A stretch of DNA of 64,000 bases from Nannocystales bacterium (GCA_050633305.1 JBOEGF010000005.1:416001-480000); one strand, 5' to 3'. Counted from the first letter of the stretch, positions 11,930-22,079 are shown. The notes: generated from the letters alone by a model not told the origin. Numbers and translations are program-made.

Positions 11930-14746
11930 ATGTGGACCACCCTCGGAACCATCTCACCTTCGAAACTCGCCGATGCCCGGCTGTCCGTGCACTGGGCCTC
12001 CCAGCTCCCCGCTGCGGTGGCTGCGGCTGTGTTGCCCCACCGCGACGACTACGCGCACACCAACCTGGGTTGGGACTCCGCAACCGGAGCGCTGTTGAGT
12101 CGAGCTCTCGGCGAGGAACGGGCGGTCTACGCTGGTTTACGCGTCCGAGACCTGAGCTGGGTCGTCGTGGAGAACGGAGAGGTTGTCGCCTCGCTCGACG
12201 CCGACGGAAAAACACTGGCGCAAGGGCAAGCGTGGTTCGCGGAGTCGGTGGGGAAGGTCTCGGGAACCGGCATCCCCTCGTTCCCGCTGTTTGAGCACGA
12301 CATGCCCGCGGCCGCTGTTGAGGGAGGCGGGGTCTTTGACGCCAAAGGCCAGGCCGCCGAACGTGCAGAACTCGCGCTTTGGATCGCCAACGCGCACTTC
12401 GTCCTCGAACGATTCGTCCGGGACGACGGGGCTGCTTCGCAGGTGCGGTTGTGGCCTCACCATTTCGACCTCGCCAGCCTGATCACGCTCGTACAGCATG
12501 AGGACGCCGAGCAAGCCAAGTCGGTGAATGTCGGCTTCAGCTTCGGTGACGGGAGCTTTGACCAGCCCTACGCATACGTCAGTCCTTGGCCGTACCCGAC
12601 CGATCGCAACGAGACTCCTGCGCTCGTGCACGGCGCGTGGCAGACCGACGGCTTCTTCGCGGCCGTTGCAACTGGGGAAGTGCTTGTCGAGGGGGGAGAA
12701 GGACAGAGTCAGCGCACCGAGCAGTTCCTCGCCCAGGCATCCAACCAGAGCCGAGCGATGCTGGGGCTGCCTTCCGCCCCTCGTCGTAGCGCCAAGCTCG
12801 TTTGGTACAAGGCCGCGGAGCCGGAGGAACTCGAAGAAGGACGGGTCAAGAGCGTCACCGCGGGCCACCGAGGCGTTTGTCTGACGCGGCACGAGGGCTG
12901 CTACTCCGCCTTGACCAACGCCTGTCCCCACCAGGGCGGACCGTTGGGAGAGGGGTCCATCGAGAAGGGCTGGCTTCGCTGCCCGTGGCACGGGTGGGAC
13001 TTTGATCCGCACACCGGCCAGTCTCCGGGGGCGCTCGAGGATGGCCTCGAGACGTTTGCAGTCGAGGTCCGAGACGACGGTGTGTACGTCGGCGTGGAAC
13101 CCGAGGACCCGCATGTGCGCGACGCGTCGGACGTCATGGCTGAGACCATGGTCGGTTGGGGGGTGAAGTGGGTGTTCGGCATGGTGGGGCACTCCAACCT
13201 TGGGCTCGCGGACGCGCTCCGTCGGCGCACCGAGGCGGGCGAGCTGGGGTACATCGGCATCCGTCACGAGGGCGCTGCATCGTTTGCCGTGTCTGCCTAT
13301 GGCAAGCTCACCGGACGTCCCGCAGCTTGCCTCGCGATCGCGGGTCCGGGGGCGACGAACCTGCTCACCGGGTTGTGGGATGCGCATGTCGACCGGGCGC
13401 CCGCGCTTGCGTTGACCGGCCAGGTGCAGTCGCAGGTCCTCGGTCGGGGCGCGTTTCAGGAGATCGATCTCGAGGCCGCCTACGGAGGCGTTGCGCAGTT
13501 CCACGCGACGGTTCTGCACGACAGCCCGTTCGCAGAGCTGATGAACCTGGCGTGCAAGAAGTCGATCTTGGGCCGCGGGGTCTCACACTTGGTCTTCCCG
13601 GACGAGGTGCAGACGCTTCCGGTCGGGGACACCCCCGCGGGTGGCCCACAAGGGCGCATGCCCGACCTCCATGTCGCTCCTGCTCCTGCTTCGCTCGATG
13701 CTGCCGAAGCGGCGCTGAAGGCCTGCAAACGCCCGGTCATCATCGTTGGGCACGGTGCGCGTTTCTCGATGGATGCCGTGCGGAGCTTCGCGGACGCCTT
13801 CGGCGTTCCGGTCGTCACCACGTTCAAAGCCAAAGGACAGATCTCCGACAGCCACCCCTTGGGCTGCGGCGTCTTGGGGCGCAGCGGCACCCCGGTTGCG
13901 AGCTGGTTCATGAACGAAGCGGATCTGTTGTTGGTTCTTGGCAGCAGCTTCAGCAATCACACGGGCATCACGGACTACAAGACCATTGTGCAAGTGGACT
14001 TCGAAGCGGATGCGCTCGGTCGCAAGCACCCCGTCTCGGTCCCGGTGCTCGGAGAGATCGGTGTCACGCTCGAAGCGTTGGGCCAACGGATGAAGGGGCA
14101 CGTTGGCTTCGAGGACCAGCGGACCGAAGTAGCCGAACGCTGGGTGCTTTGGCGGGCCGAAAAGCACAGCCGGCTCCGCGACGACATGGGCAAGGGGCTG
14201 AGCAGCGCCACCATCTTCGATGCGCTCACTCGCCTCGCGCCCAAGGACGCCATCATGGCCGTGGATGTTGGCAACAACACCTACTCGTTTGGCCGCTACT
14301 TCGAGGCCGACCAACACGCGGTGTTGATGTCGGGCTACCTGGGCTCGATCGGGTTTGCGCTTCCCGCCGCGATGGGAGCGTGGGCGGCGACGCAAGAGGA
14401 TGACCCGCGCTTCAACGGACGCAAGGTCATCTCGGTGTCCGGCGATGGGGGACTGGGGCAGTACCTCGCCGACCTCACCACCTGGGCCAAGTACGGGATG
14501 AACATCACCCACGTCCTGCTCAACAACGGAGAGTTGGGGAAGATCAGCAAGGAGCAGCGAGTGGGGGGATGGGACGTTTGGGAAACCTCCCTGCACAACC
14601 CGAACTTCTCGGAGTTTGCCAACAACTGTGGCGTGCTGGGCATCCGGGTCACAGCAGCAGACGAACTCGACACGGCCCTGGAGGCGGCCCTGGCACACGA
14701 TGGCCCCGCGCTGGTCGAGGTCATGGCAGACGCGCTGCTGTTCTAG
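11930..14746 (+). CDS. Fusion protein: DUF5996-like domain, Rieske domain and TPP-dependent enzyme (pyruvate oxidase/acetolactate synthase-like)
   Basis: N-terminal WPHHFDLA...GFSFGD...PYAYVSPWP; CPHQG...CPWHGW; RHEGAA catalytic Glu; TPP motif GDGG...LLNN. Confidence 0.88.
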   Translation: MWTTLGTISPSKLADARLSVHWASQLPAAVAAAVLPHRDDYAHTNLGWDSATGALLSRALGEERAVYAGLRVRDLSWVVVENGEVVASLDADGKTLAQGQAWFAESVGKVSGTGIPSFPLFEHDMPAAAVEGGGVFDAKGQAAERAELALWIANAHFVLERFVRDDGAASQVRLWPHHFDLASLITLVQHEDAEQAKSVNVGFSFGDGSFDQPYAYVSPWPYPTDRNETPALVHGAWQTDGFFAAVATGEVLVEGGEGQSQRTEQFLAQASNQSRAMLGLPSAPRRSAKLVWYKAAEPEELEEGRVKSVTAGHRGVCLTRHEGCYSALTNACPHQGGPLGEGSIEKGWLRCPWHGWDFDPHTGQSPGALEDGLETFAVEVRDDGVYVGVEPEDPHVRDASDVMAETMVGWGVKWVFGMVGHSNLGLADALRRRTEAGELGYIGIRHEGAASFAVSAYGKLTGRPAACLAIAGPGATNLLTGLWDAHVDRAPALALTGQVQSQVLGRGAFQEIDLEAAYGGVAQFHATVLHDSPFAELMNLACKKSILGRGVSHLVFPDEVQTLPVGDTPAGGPQGRMPDLHVAPAPASLDAAEAALKACKRPVIIVGHGARFSMDAVRSFADAFGVPVVTTFKAKGQISDSHPLGCGVLGRSGTPVASWFMNEADLLLVLGSSFSNHTGITDYKTIVQVDFEADALGRKHPVSVPVLGEIGVTLEALGQRMKGHVGFEDQRTEVAERWVLWRAEKHSRLRDDMGKGLSSATIFDALTRLAPKDAIMAVDVGNNTYSFGRYFEADQHAVLMSGYLGSIGFALPAAMGAWAATQEDDPRFNGRKVISVSGDGGLGQYLADLTTWAKYGMNITHVLLNNGELGKISKEQRVGGWDVWETSLHNPNFSEFANNCGVLGIRVTAADELDTALEAALAHDGPALVEVMADALLF

Positions 14747-16638
14747 GGGGCTGCGTCTCCTCGCTGGGGTCTTTTCGCGTTGTCGCCCTCGGCGACGAGC
14801 TGGTGTAGGTGCCAGGCCCGTACTGCGTTCTCGCGTTGTGCGGCGTTCCAGGCGGCTCGCGCTCGTCCGATGAGAACGACCGGCGTGATGATCAACCCCA
14901 GGCTACCGACCGCCAGCACGACAGGGGTAAACGTGGGGTGCAAGCCGGTGATCCCCGGTAGGATTTGGATCGAGTCCTGCGCAAAAACCGTCTGCGCCGG
15001 GATCCAGCCGAGCGCCTCGAGGACAACCGGCCCGAGAATCCCCAGAGCGCTCATCGCCGCGGCCACCAGACGCTCACGGCGATAAGGGGACAGGCTGAAT
15101 GCGACCGCCTGTCCCATGAGGATCGTGGGCAGCAGCAGGTACGGGCCGAAGAGTCGAGTCATGCTCGACAAGGCGAGCGTGCCCACCAGGATCACCAGCA
15201 ACGAGTGCGAACGAACATAGCGGTCTTGTCGAGCCGCCCACCAACTGACCCCAGCGGCGGCGACCATCAGGACCGTGGAGATGGCGAGCGACATACCGTC
15301 GCGAAGCCCCATGAGGAGCAGAAGGGGGACGTAGAACACCCAGGAGATGAAGCCGATCGCACCGTCGCGGGCGGCAAGGCGCATGTGCTCCTGGTGCAGG
15401 GCGTCGATTTCCGTGTCGGCTTCGGGGGGGAGTTCCTTCGGCGGGTGTTCGAGAAGGTCGACCATCGTTGCGATCGCGTCGCGATTGCTTGGGTCGAGTC
15501 CGAGTGCGCGGCCAATGGCTTGCAACGCCATCCCTCGAGCCTCCTCGTCCCCCTCGAGCGCACGCGCGCCGAGGCCTTGCGCGTGCTCTGCAAGCTCCGA
15601 CGCGGCGACCCGTCTCAACTCGAGGTTCTGGTCACCGTCCAAGAACGCGGTCAAGGAGGCATGAAGTGCCCGGGCGCTATGGAAACGATCGCCGGGATCC
15701 GTCGCGGTCGCACGGAGACAGATCGCCTCGAGCTCTGGAGGCACGTCGAGGTCCGGGTACCTTCGGGAGATTCTGGCGTCGGCACCGTCGATGGTCGCGG
15801 CGACGAGCGCTGCACCCGAGTCCCCGGCGTGGAGCTTCTCGAGGGTGAGGGCTTCGAACAGGACCGCGCCCAGCGCATACACATCGCTGGCACGGGTTGC
15901 CTGCTGCCGAAGCTGTTCGGGCGACGCGTAGCCCGGGGTTCCCAAGACCGCGCCGACTTGTGTCTCGTCATCGCGACTGGACGGGAGCGAAAGCTCGTCC
16001 AGCTCTGGTGCGTCTTCGATCTTTGCGAGGCCCCAGTCGAGGACGTAGACCTCTCCGTACCCTCCGAGCATGATGTTGGCGGGCTTGAGATCACGATGGA
16101 TCACGCCACGCTCGTGCGCGAAGTCGACGGCCAAGCAGACCTGGGCGAACGCATTGAGCAGTCGCCTTCGGGTGTCGGCTGGCTTGGCCGTCCCCGAACG
16201 CATGCGCCGCAAGATCTGGAGCAGGGACTCTCCCTTGACCCGCTTCATCGTGAAGTACGTTCGGCCGTCGTGTGCGCGCGACAACTCGTACACCGGAACG
16301 ATCGCCGGGTGCTCGAGTTGGCCTTGGACACGGGCTTCGCGAAGGAACCGTCGGCGTGCGGCGGCGTCGTGCTCGACTCCTTCGCGGATCTGCTTCATTG
16401 CGACCTCGCGGCCGATGACCGGGTCGGTGCACAGAAACACCTCGCCCATGCCCCCACGACCCAGCAGTTCCCGTCCCTCGTAACGGCCCCCGCGAACGGC
16501 GAGGGGCTCGTCGGCGTCCGGGTCGCTCACCGAAGTCGCGGGCGGTTGTGCCGAAAGCGCCCCGAGAGTGTCGGCTTCCGCCACGTCCGGCACAACCGTC
16601 GCGACGTCCGCGGGGGCATCCGGGGTGGGATCCTTCAC
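14743..16638 (-). CDS. Ser/Thr protein kinase with a multi-pass membrane C-terminus
   Basis: GRGGMGEV, VAMK, HRDLKPAN, DWG, GTPGYASPE; about six hydrophobic segments at the C-terminus. Start uncertain (GTG 16638 or ATG 16710). Confidence 0.92.
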   Translation of the reverse strand: MKDPTPDAPADVATVVPDVAEADTLGALSAQPPATSVSDPDADEPLAVRGGRYEGRELLGRGGMGEVFLCTDPVIGREVAMKQIREGVEHDAAARRRFLREARVQGQLEHPAIVPVYELSRAHDGRTYFTMKRVKGESLLQILRRMRSGTAKPADTRRRLLNAFAQVCLAVDFAHERGVIHRDLKPANIMLGGYGEVYVLDWGLAKIEDAPELDELSLPSSRDDETQVGAVLGTPGYASPEQLRQQATRASDVYALGAVLFEALTLEKLHAGDSGAALVAATIDGADARISRRYPDLDVPPELEAICLRATATDPGDRFHSARALHASLTAFLDGDQNLELRRVAASELAEHAQGLGARALEGDEEARGMALQAIGRALGLDPSNRDAIATMVDLLEHPPKELPPEADTEIDALHQEHMRLAARDGAIGFISWVFYVPLLLLMGLRDGMSLAISTVLMVAAAGVSWWAARQDRYVRSHSLLVILVGTLALSSMTRLFGPYLLLPTILMGQAVAFSLSPYRRERLVAAAMSALGILGPVVLEALGWIPAQTVFAQDSIQILPGITGLHPTFTPVVLAVGSLGLIITPVVLIGRARAAWNAAQRENAVRAWHLHQLVAEGDNAKRPQRGDAAP

Positions 16639-16729
16639 CGACGCATCGTAGCGCGTTGGGGCAGCGGTCGACTTCAGGTGCGGCCCATGCCCGGAAGCGG
16701 TCGATCTCATGCTAGGAATCGCTCACGCC

Positions 16730-18571
16730 ATGACCGATTCGAGCGAAGCCACCGAGCAGACTCCTTCCACAGGCGCCGAAGAGGTTCGTTGGGACCTTTC
16801 AGACCTCTACAAGGATCTGGACGACCCGCAGTTGGACGCGGACCTGGCCGAGTTGGTCTCGATGGCCGAGTCGTTCTCCACCGAGTACGAGGGCAAGCTC
16901 GCCACGAAGCTGGGGGCCTCGCTCGAGAGCCAGGCCGCAATGACCTGCCTCGCCGAGAAACTCATGGTCTACCTGTTCCTGCGGCGCAGCACGGACGCGA
17001 CCAACCCCAAGATTCAGCAGAAGCTCGGTGTTGTCCAGGAAACATGGAGCCGAACCGAGGCCAACCACCTCAACTTCTTCGAACACGAGCTGGTTGCGAT
17101 GCCGGAGGAGACCTACCAGGGGTTGCTCTCGAGCGATGCGGTGGTCAAGCGCCACCAATCGATGATCGACAACGTGCGCATCAACGGAAAGTACCTGCTC
17201 GAGGAAGGGGTCGAGCGTGCTCTGACGCTGCGCGGTCCGTTTGGGCCCTCAGAGTGGTCCGACTACATCGACGAGTGGGAGGCTGAGCTGCGGTTCGAGT
17301 TCGAGGGGCAGTCGATGATGCTCCCTCAGATCTTGCATGTGATCAGCAATCACCCCGACGGCGACGTGCGTGACCAGGCTCTGGGTGTGTTCAGCAAGGG
17401 GCTGACGGAGCAGAAGTTTGACCGCCTGATGGCGCGCACGCTCAACGTGGTCATCGGGGCGAAGTCGGTGGAGGACGCCGAGCGGGGCTACGCGAGTCCC
17501 ATGTCGGCCCGAAACCTCGGCAACAAGATCGACGATGCCACCGTAGAGGCCTTGCACGACGTGGTGGCACAGACGGGGGCCAAGCACGCCCGCCGCTACT
17601 ACAACCTGCTTCGTAAGCATCTGGGCCGAGACACGCTGCGCTGGAGTGACCGCAACGCCAAGCTTCCTTTCGCAGACAACCGTGTCGTGCCTTGGGCAGA
17701 GTGTATGGACACGGTGCTCTCAGCCTACGGCTCGTTCAGCCCCACGCTGAAGGGACTCGTCTCCACGATGGTCGACCGGAAGTGGGTCGACGCGCCGCCC
17801 TACGAGGGAAAGACCGGCGGAGCGTTCAACTTCGCCGTGTGCCTGCCAGGAGAAGAGGCGCGGGCCTACAACTTCCTCAACTACATGGGCTCGACCCGTG
17901 ATGTGATGACGGTCGCCCACGAGGCGGGCCATGGTGTGCACGGGATGTTGGCTGCCAATGCTCAGGGCCCGCTGATGTTCCGTGCACCGATGGCCTACGC
18001 CGAAACAGCGTCGATCTTCGGCGAGATGACCACGTTCAAGTACCTGCTCGACCGGGCAGAAACCGACGAGCAGCGTTTGGTCATGCTCATGGACAAGTGC
18101 TCGGACCACATCAACACGGTGGTCCGCCAGATCTCGTTCTCCAACTTCGAGCGCCGTATCCACGACGCACGCAAGGCCGGCAAGCTGACCGCCGACGACT
18201 ACGCCGGGCACTGGATGCACGTGACCTACGACTTCTACGGGAAGCCGGGCGACCTCTTCACGTACGACCACACCGAGAACCTGTGGTCGTATGTCAGCCA
18301 CTTCTTGCGTCCGTTCTACGTCTACGCATACGCATTCGGAGAGCTGTTCACGCAGTCCCTGTTCGCGGTGCAGGACAAGTTTGGGGACGACTTCGAGGGC
18401 ATGTACCTCGACCTCCTCAAGGCCGGGGGCAGCAAGGATGCAGTCCAGTTGATGGCACCGTTCGGGCTCGACCCACGGGAGGCGTCGTTCTGGAGCGATG
18501 GCATCGAGGGCAGCCTCGCGAAGTGGCTCGATGAGGCCGAAACGATCAGCGCCAGGATGGGAGTCGAGTAG
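16730..18571 (+). CDS. pepF: M3 family oligoendopeptidase (PepF-like)
   Basis: WDLSDLY N-terminus, GKTGGAF, HEAGH zinc motif, AETASIFGE, HF..PFYVYAYAFG. Confidence 0.93.
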   Translation: MTDSSEATEQTPSTGAEEVRWDLSDLYKDLDDPQLDADLAELVSMAESFSTEYEGKLATKLGASLESQAAMTCLAEKLMVYLFLRRSTDATNPKIQQKLGVVQETWSRTEANHLNFFEHELVAMPEETYQGLLSSDAVVKRHQSMIDNVRINGKYLLEEGVERALTLRGPFGPSEWSDYIDEWEAELRFEFEGQSMMLPQILHVISNHPDGDVRDQALGVFSKGLTEQKFDRLMARTLNVVIGAKSVEDAERGYASPMSARNLGNKIDDATVEALHDVVAQTGAKHARRYYNLLRKHLGRDTLRWSDRNAKLPFADNRVVPWAECMDTVLSAYGSFSPTLKGLVSTMVDRKWVDAPPYEGKTGGAFNFAVCLPGEEARAYNFLNYMGSTRDVMTVAHEAGHGVHGMLAANAQGPLMFRAPMAYAETASIFGEMTTFKYLLDRAETDEQRLVMLMDKCSDHINTVVRQISFSNFERRIHDARKAGKLTADDYAGHWMHVTYDFYGKPGDLFTYDHTENLWSYVSHFLRPFYVYAYAFGELFTQSLFAVQDKFGDDFEGMYLDLLKAGGSKDAVQLMAPFGLDPREASFWSDGIEGSLAKWLDEAETISARMGVE

Positions 18572-18730
18572 CTCCACACGAACCGCAACGGCGATCACGC
18601 TCTTCTTCGCGGTCTTTGCTCCCGCCATCGGAGCGTGCGGCGATCCACGCCCGCATGGCCCAAAACCCTGCCGAGTGAGCTTGGCGCATCATTGCGGGCG
18701 CGGCACGGGCCAGCCTGCTACGCTTGGGCC

Positions 18731-18898
18731 GTGGTTTCGAAGGTCCTTGCGGCGATCGCTATCTTCGCAGTCGCGGCGCGCGTGTTCGTGCGCCGCGACT
18801 CCGAGATCGCGCGACGCTTCCGGATCTTCGTCAACGTCAGCCTACTGGCCATCCTGGTCCTGTACGCGACCCGGCTCGTTCAGCTCTACGTGATCTAG
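18731..18898 (+). CDS. Small membrane protein with two hydrophobic helices (55 aa)
   Basis: GTG start; hydrophobic VLAAIAIFAVAARVFV and IFVNVSLLAILVLYA segments separated by a basic loop. Confidence 0.55.
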   Translation: MVSKVLAAIAIFAVAARVFVRRDSEIARRFRIFVNVSLLAILVLYATRLVQLYVI

Positions 18899-18952
18899 GC
18901 TCTCGGCGCTGTCGGCCGGGCATGTCTAGTGCTTCTTGGGGCACTCACGCGG

Positions 18953-19711
18953 CTACTCCGCGAACCGGTGTACCGGGACCTCCCGATGTAGCCACGGTAG
19001 ATACCCGTACCGCGCCTCGAGGTCCTCGCCCTCGGGCGGCATCCAGCTGGCCACGACGACTCCGCTGTCGAGCCCGAGTTGCTCCGCGGGGTCGGAGGGG
19101 TTGGAGCGAAACTGCGCGAACTCCAGGTCGCGAAGATGCGGAGAGGCTGCAAGCGCCTCCGCCGACGCTATTGTCAGGTGGTTGTCCGCAACGGACAGCC
19201 AGCGAAGGTTCGCGGCGTGCGGCGAGTCGGCGACCAGCTGTAGGTGGAGGTCGTGCAGGCCGCAGCCGTCCATCCGCAGGGTGCGAATCTTGGCCAGAGC
19301 GGCCGAATCGGCGAGGGCCTCATCGACATCTCGTACGGCGCTCAGATCCAGATGCTGCACGGGTGCGAGGGCGTGGATCTCATCGGCGTGGTTGACGAAG
19401 TTCGACGCACTCAGCCTGATGAGTCCGACGAACCCTCGCAAAAACAGAAAACCGTCGATCCAAGCGTCGATCCCTTGCGTCCAGACGGAGCCATAGGTGT
19501 CCAAAAGCTCCTGGATGCGTTGCCGATTGCTGAGCGAGGCGGGGTTCCTTCGGTCCAGCCCGACTCCATCGAGCTGTAGGCGAATCAGCTCGCCCCGCGA
19601 TGTCCAGCTCGGGTCGGTCAGCGCGTCGCACCAAGCCGCATAGTCGAGCCGGGGCGCGTCCTCATCCGGAGACGCGAGGACCGCCGCGAGTAGTTCTGCC
19701 TCATCTGCCAT
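18953..19711 (-). CDS. TIGR02996 domain protein with LRR-like repeats
   Basis: LLAAVLASPDEDAPRLDYAAW...RGELIRLQL is the TIGR02996 signature; then F.RGFV and LxxLxL repeats (VQHLDLS, IRTLRMD, LRWLSVADN). Confidence 0.88.
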   Translation of the reverse strand: MADEAELLAAVLASPDEDAPRLDYAAWCDALTDPSWTSRGELIRLQLDGVGLDRRNPASLSNRQRIQELLDTYGSVWTQGIDAWIDGFLFLRGFVGLIRLSASNFVNHADEIHALAPVQHLDLSAVRDVDEALADSAALAKIRTLRMDGCGLHDLHLQLVADSPHAANLRWLSVADNHLTIASAEALAASPHLRDLEFAQFRSNPSDPAEQLGLDSGVVVASWMPPEGEDLEARYGYLPWLHREVPVHRFAE

Positions 19712-19766
19712 TCGTGGTCATCCTTTCCAAGTTCATCATCGACCCGTTTCGTCTGTCTTCCGCGCG

Positions 19767-22079
19767 TCACCGGTTCGGATAGGAGAACCGGACCTTTCCC
19801 TCTCGCACCAGCTTCGCGAGGAACCTCATCGAGTGCTGGGTGTCGCGGGTGTTGACCAGGGCTTGGTACCGAGCGCTCTCGCTGTACTCGCCAAACTCGG
19901 CATCGGGCATCATCGTCACCATCTCCTCCCGGTTGGCCCGAATGTCAGCTGCGAATGTTCCGAATCTCAGCGTTGCATCTGCAACCGCGCGGCGGCGTCG
20001 CCCGACGACCGCGTTGAATCGTCTCCGCCTGATGCCGCTGGCCGCGATGAACGCTTCGCTGGCCCCGCGAGGCGTCCTCTGTTCCGCTCTGAGCGCAGCG
20101 TCTTCCGCCCTGACCCGACCGCTCGCTTCCCTGAGCGCGGCTTCGGCGGCCCTGAGCTCTTCAAGCATGCCGCGAACGTCCCCGCCTGCGGTGGGAATGC
20201 AGACTGCGATCAGCTCGCGGAGGTTCTCGTAGCCATTGAGCTCTTTTCGGAAGAAGACGATGCGCTCAGCGTAGTCGGGCCGGATGAGGTATTGAACCTC
20301 TCGGAGGGTCATCGTGTTGATGTTCCTGTTGTATGTCTCGGGGATTGCTCTCCCTGGGAGGTGGCCAGGCGTCGGCGGACTCCTGAAGTACCCGTTCGCA
20401 ACGGCTGTGTTGATCGCACAAATGATGAAGCCGTCCGGCACTGCGCACTTCGGCAACGTGTCGTGGTAGTCCCACATGGCGGCGGCATCGAGAGCCTCGC
20501 CGTTCTGCCAGTCTCCAATCCCCTGACCAGGGTAGTTGTTGCTTGCAGCGCCAAGGATCCGGACGCGGCCGTTGTCCGCTTGCAACCCGACCATCCGGTT
20601 TTCGAGTTGAAGTGGAGCGAAGTTTAGCTGCCTCGCAAATGACTTCGGTTGGCCGAGCGTGTTTGACTGCTGTCCATTGGGGATGACGAGTCGGCTGTAG
20701 AGCCTGGTGGGGTTGGGATCGCCAAGCCCATAGATCACGTTCATCTGGTACTCGCCGCCGTACATCCACCATCCGTTCTCCTCGTCCAGGACTCTCTCCT
20801 GTTGAAAGAAGTCTCGAATGGTGCCCCGGGCGCCTCCCGAGCTCTGGAGCCGGACATCGACTTTGTTCGACTCCTCGTCGAACTCAACCTCGTTGAGTGA
20901 GGCGTTCTTTCCCATCCTGCCCTTGACCCCCGCTGGGAAGATGTTGCTTTCTTGGTCAGTCTCCAGGATTCCTGTGCCGTCGTAGAGGTCGCCAAGTTCG
21001 AATCGTTTGCCCAACTCGAAGGGCGGCAGCACCAGTGGGGGATGCGGCGCCCAGTGGGGGTGGCTTTCTGGGTACTGGAGAAATGTCCTGTTTCGAGGGT
21101 TGAGGAGAATTGGCGTCAGACCTGAGCGCCCGAACCAGTCCGCCGGGCAGTCGGCGTCACGGGCCTTCTCTGCTGCGTTGAGGCCCACGCCCCCACCCGC
21201 AGTGACGCAGATTCGTTCGGTGAAGTGCCAACTCACTTCATCGCGAATCGCATCGACGCCGTTCATGACCTTGCGGTTCTTCTGCTCGTCGGTCCAGTTT
21301 TCCGGCGAGATCCATGGAGGGGTTCGTGCCGCGACAATGACGTCGCTTTCATTCGGGGCAGGCTGACCTGCCGTCGGGAAGACCTGAGGGCGCCCCGGCC
21401 CCGTGCAAATGTCGATCTTCGATGCGTAGACCAACTCCGCAGTGCCGGTCGAGGGGTCGTACAGGCACAAGCGATAGGGGGCCTCGCCCGGCGGGTGGGC
21501 GGGCCATGCTCGGTGCGCTTGGACGTTGACCAGGCCGACGACACCGTCCCCACCTTCTTCATTCGCGAAGTCGCCCTCCGGGAGACCGACCTGGCTCGGA
21601 CGGCGCTGGATGAGGGCGACCCAGCGTTCTCGGGTTTGTCCCTCGGCGCCCTTGGCTCGCTCGGCCTCCGCGTCGATCCTGTCTCCAAAGTGCTGGGAGT
21701 CTAGGCCGGAGTCTTTCGTTGGCCCCGTCATCATTGCGTCGTTGTCGAAGCCTGGGAAACTCAAGAGGTGGTTCGGTTGCCCCAACCCGTGCTGGAAGTA
21801 CTTGGGCCACGGGTTCGGAAACCCGATGTGCATGATCGTCTTGCCTTCGACGCGGTTGTCGTCCGAGCGATCCGCCTGCAGTGTCGTGCTGTTGACAACA
21901 GCCATGGGTCCCCTTCCGATGATCACGTAATAGACCTCGGGCGGCTGCATGTTGATCGCGTTGACACCGCCTCCCAGCGCGGCGGCAGCCTGCACTGGAG
22001 GCGGGGCCGGCTGGACCGGCTGCGCTGCTTGGTTCCGCTGGAGCTGAGCGAAGATGTTCAGAGGATTAGCTTGACCCAT
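19767..22079 (-). CDS. Uncharacterised 770-aa protein: flavin/NAD(P)-dependent oxidoreductase-like region plus helix-hairpin-helix-like segment (candidate effector)
   Basis: Rossmann-like YVIIGRGPMA and RICVTAGGGVGLNAAE; ICTGPG; RILGAA; NINTMTLREV...AERIVFFRKELNGYENLREL resembles ComEA-type HhH. The ORF is well supported; the function is inferred. Confidence 0.7.
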   Translation of the reverse strand: MGQANPLNIFAQLQRNQAAQPVQPAPPPVQAAAALGGGVNAINMQPPEVYYVIIGRGPMAVVNSTTLQADRSDDNRVEGKTIMHIGFPNPWPKYFQHGLGQPNHLLSFPGFDNDAMMTGPTKDSGLDSQHFGDRIDAEAERAKGAEGQTRERWVALIQRRPSQVGLPEGDFANEEGGDGVVGLVNVQAHRAWPAHPPGEAPYRLCLYDPSTGTAELVYASKIDICTGPGRPQVFPTAGQPAPNESDVIVAARTPPWISPENWTDEQKNRKVMNGVDAIRDEVSWHFTERICVTAGGGVGLNAAEKARDADCPADWFGRSGLTPILLNPRNRTFLQYPESHPHWAPHPPLVLPPFELGKRFELGDLYDGTGILETDQESNIFPAGVKGRMGKNASLNEVEFDEESNKVDVRLQSSGGARGTIRDFFQQERVLDEENGWWMYGGEYQMNVIYGLGDPNPTRLYSRLVIPNGQQSNTLGQPKSFARQLNFAPLQLENRMVGLQADNGRVRILGAASNNYPGQGIGDWQNGEALDAAAMWDYHDTLPKCAVPDGFIICAINTAVANGYFRSPPTPGHLPGRAIPETYNRNINTMTLREVQYLIRPDYAERIVFFRKELNGYENLRELIAVCIPTAGGDVRGMLEELRAAEAALREASGRVRAEDAALRAEQRTPRGASEAFIAASGIRRRRFNAVVGRRRRAVADATLRFGTFAADIRANREEMVTMMPDAEFGEYSESARYQALVNTRDTQHSMRFLAKLVREGKVRFSYPNR

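Noticed and set aside
14965..17286. Long alternative ORFs such as 14965-17286 (+), 5804-7714 (+), 46246-48156 (+) and 2998-4515 (-)
   Set aside because: They are antisense or off-frame shadows of well-supported genes, expected in high-GC DNA, and show no recognisable motifs.
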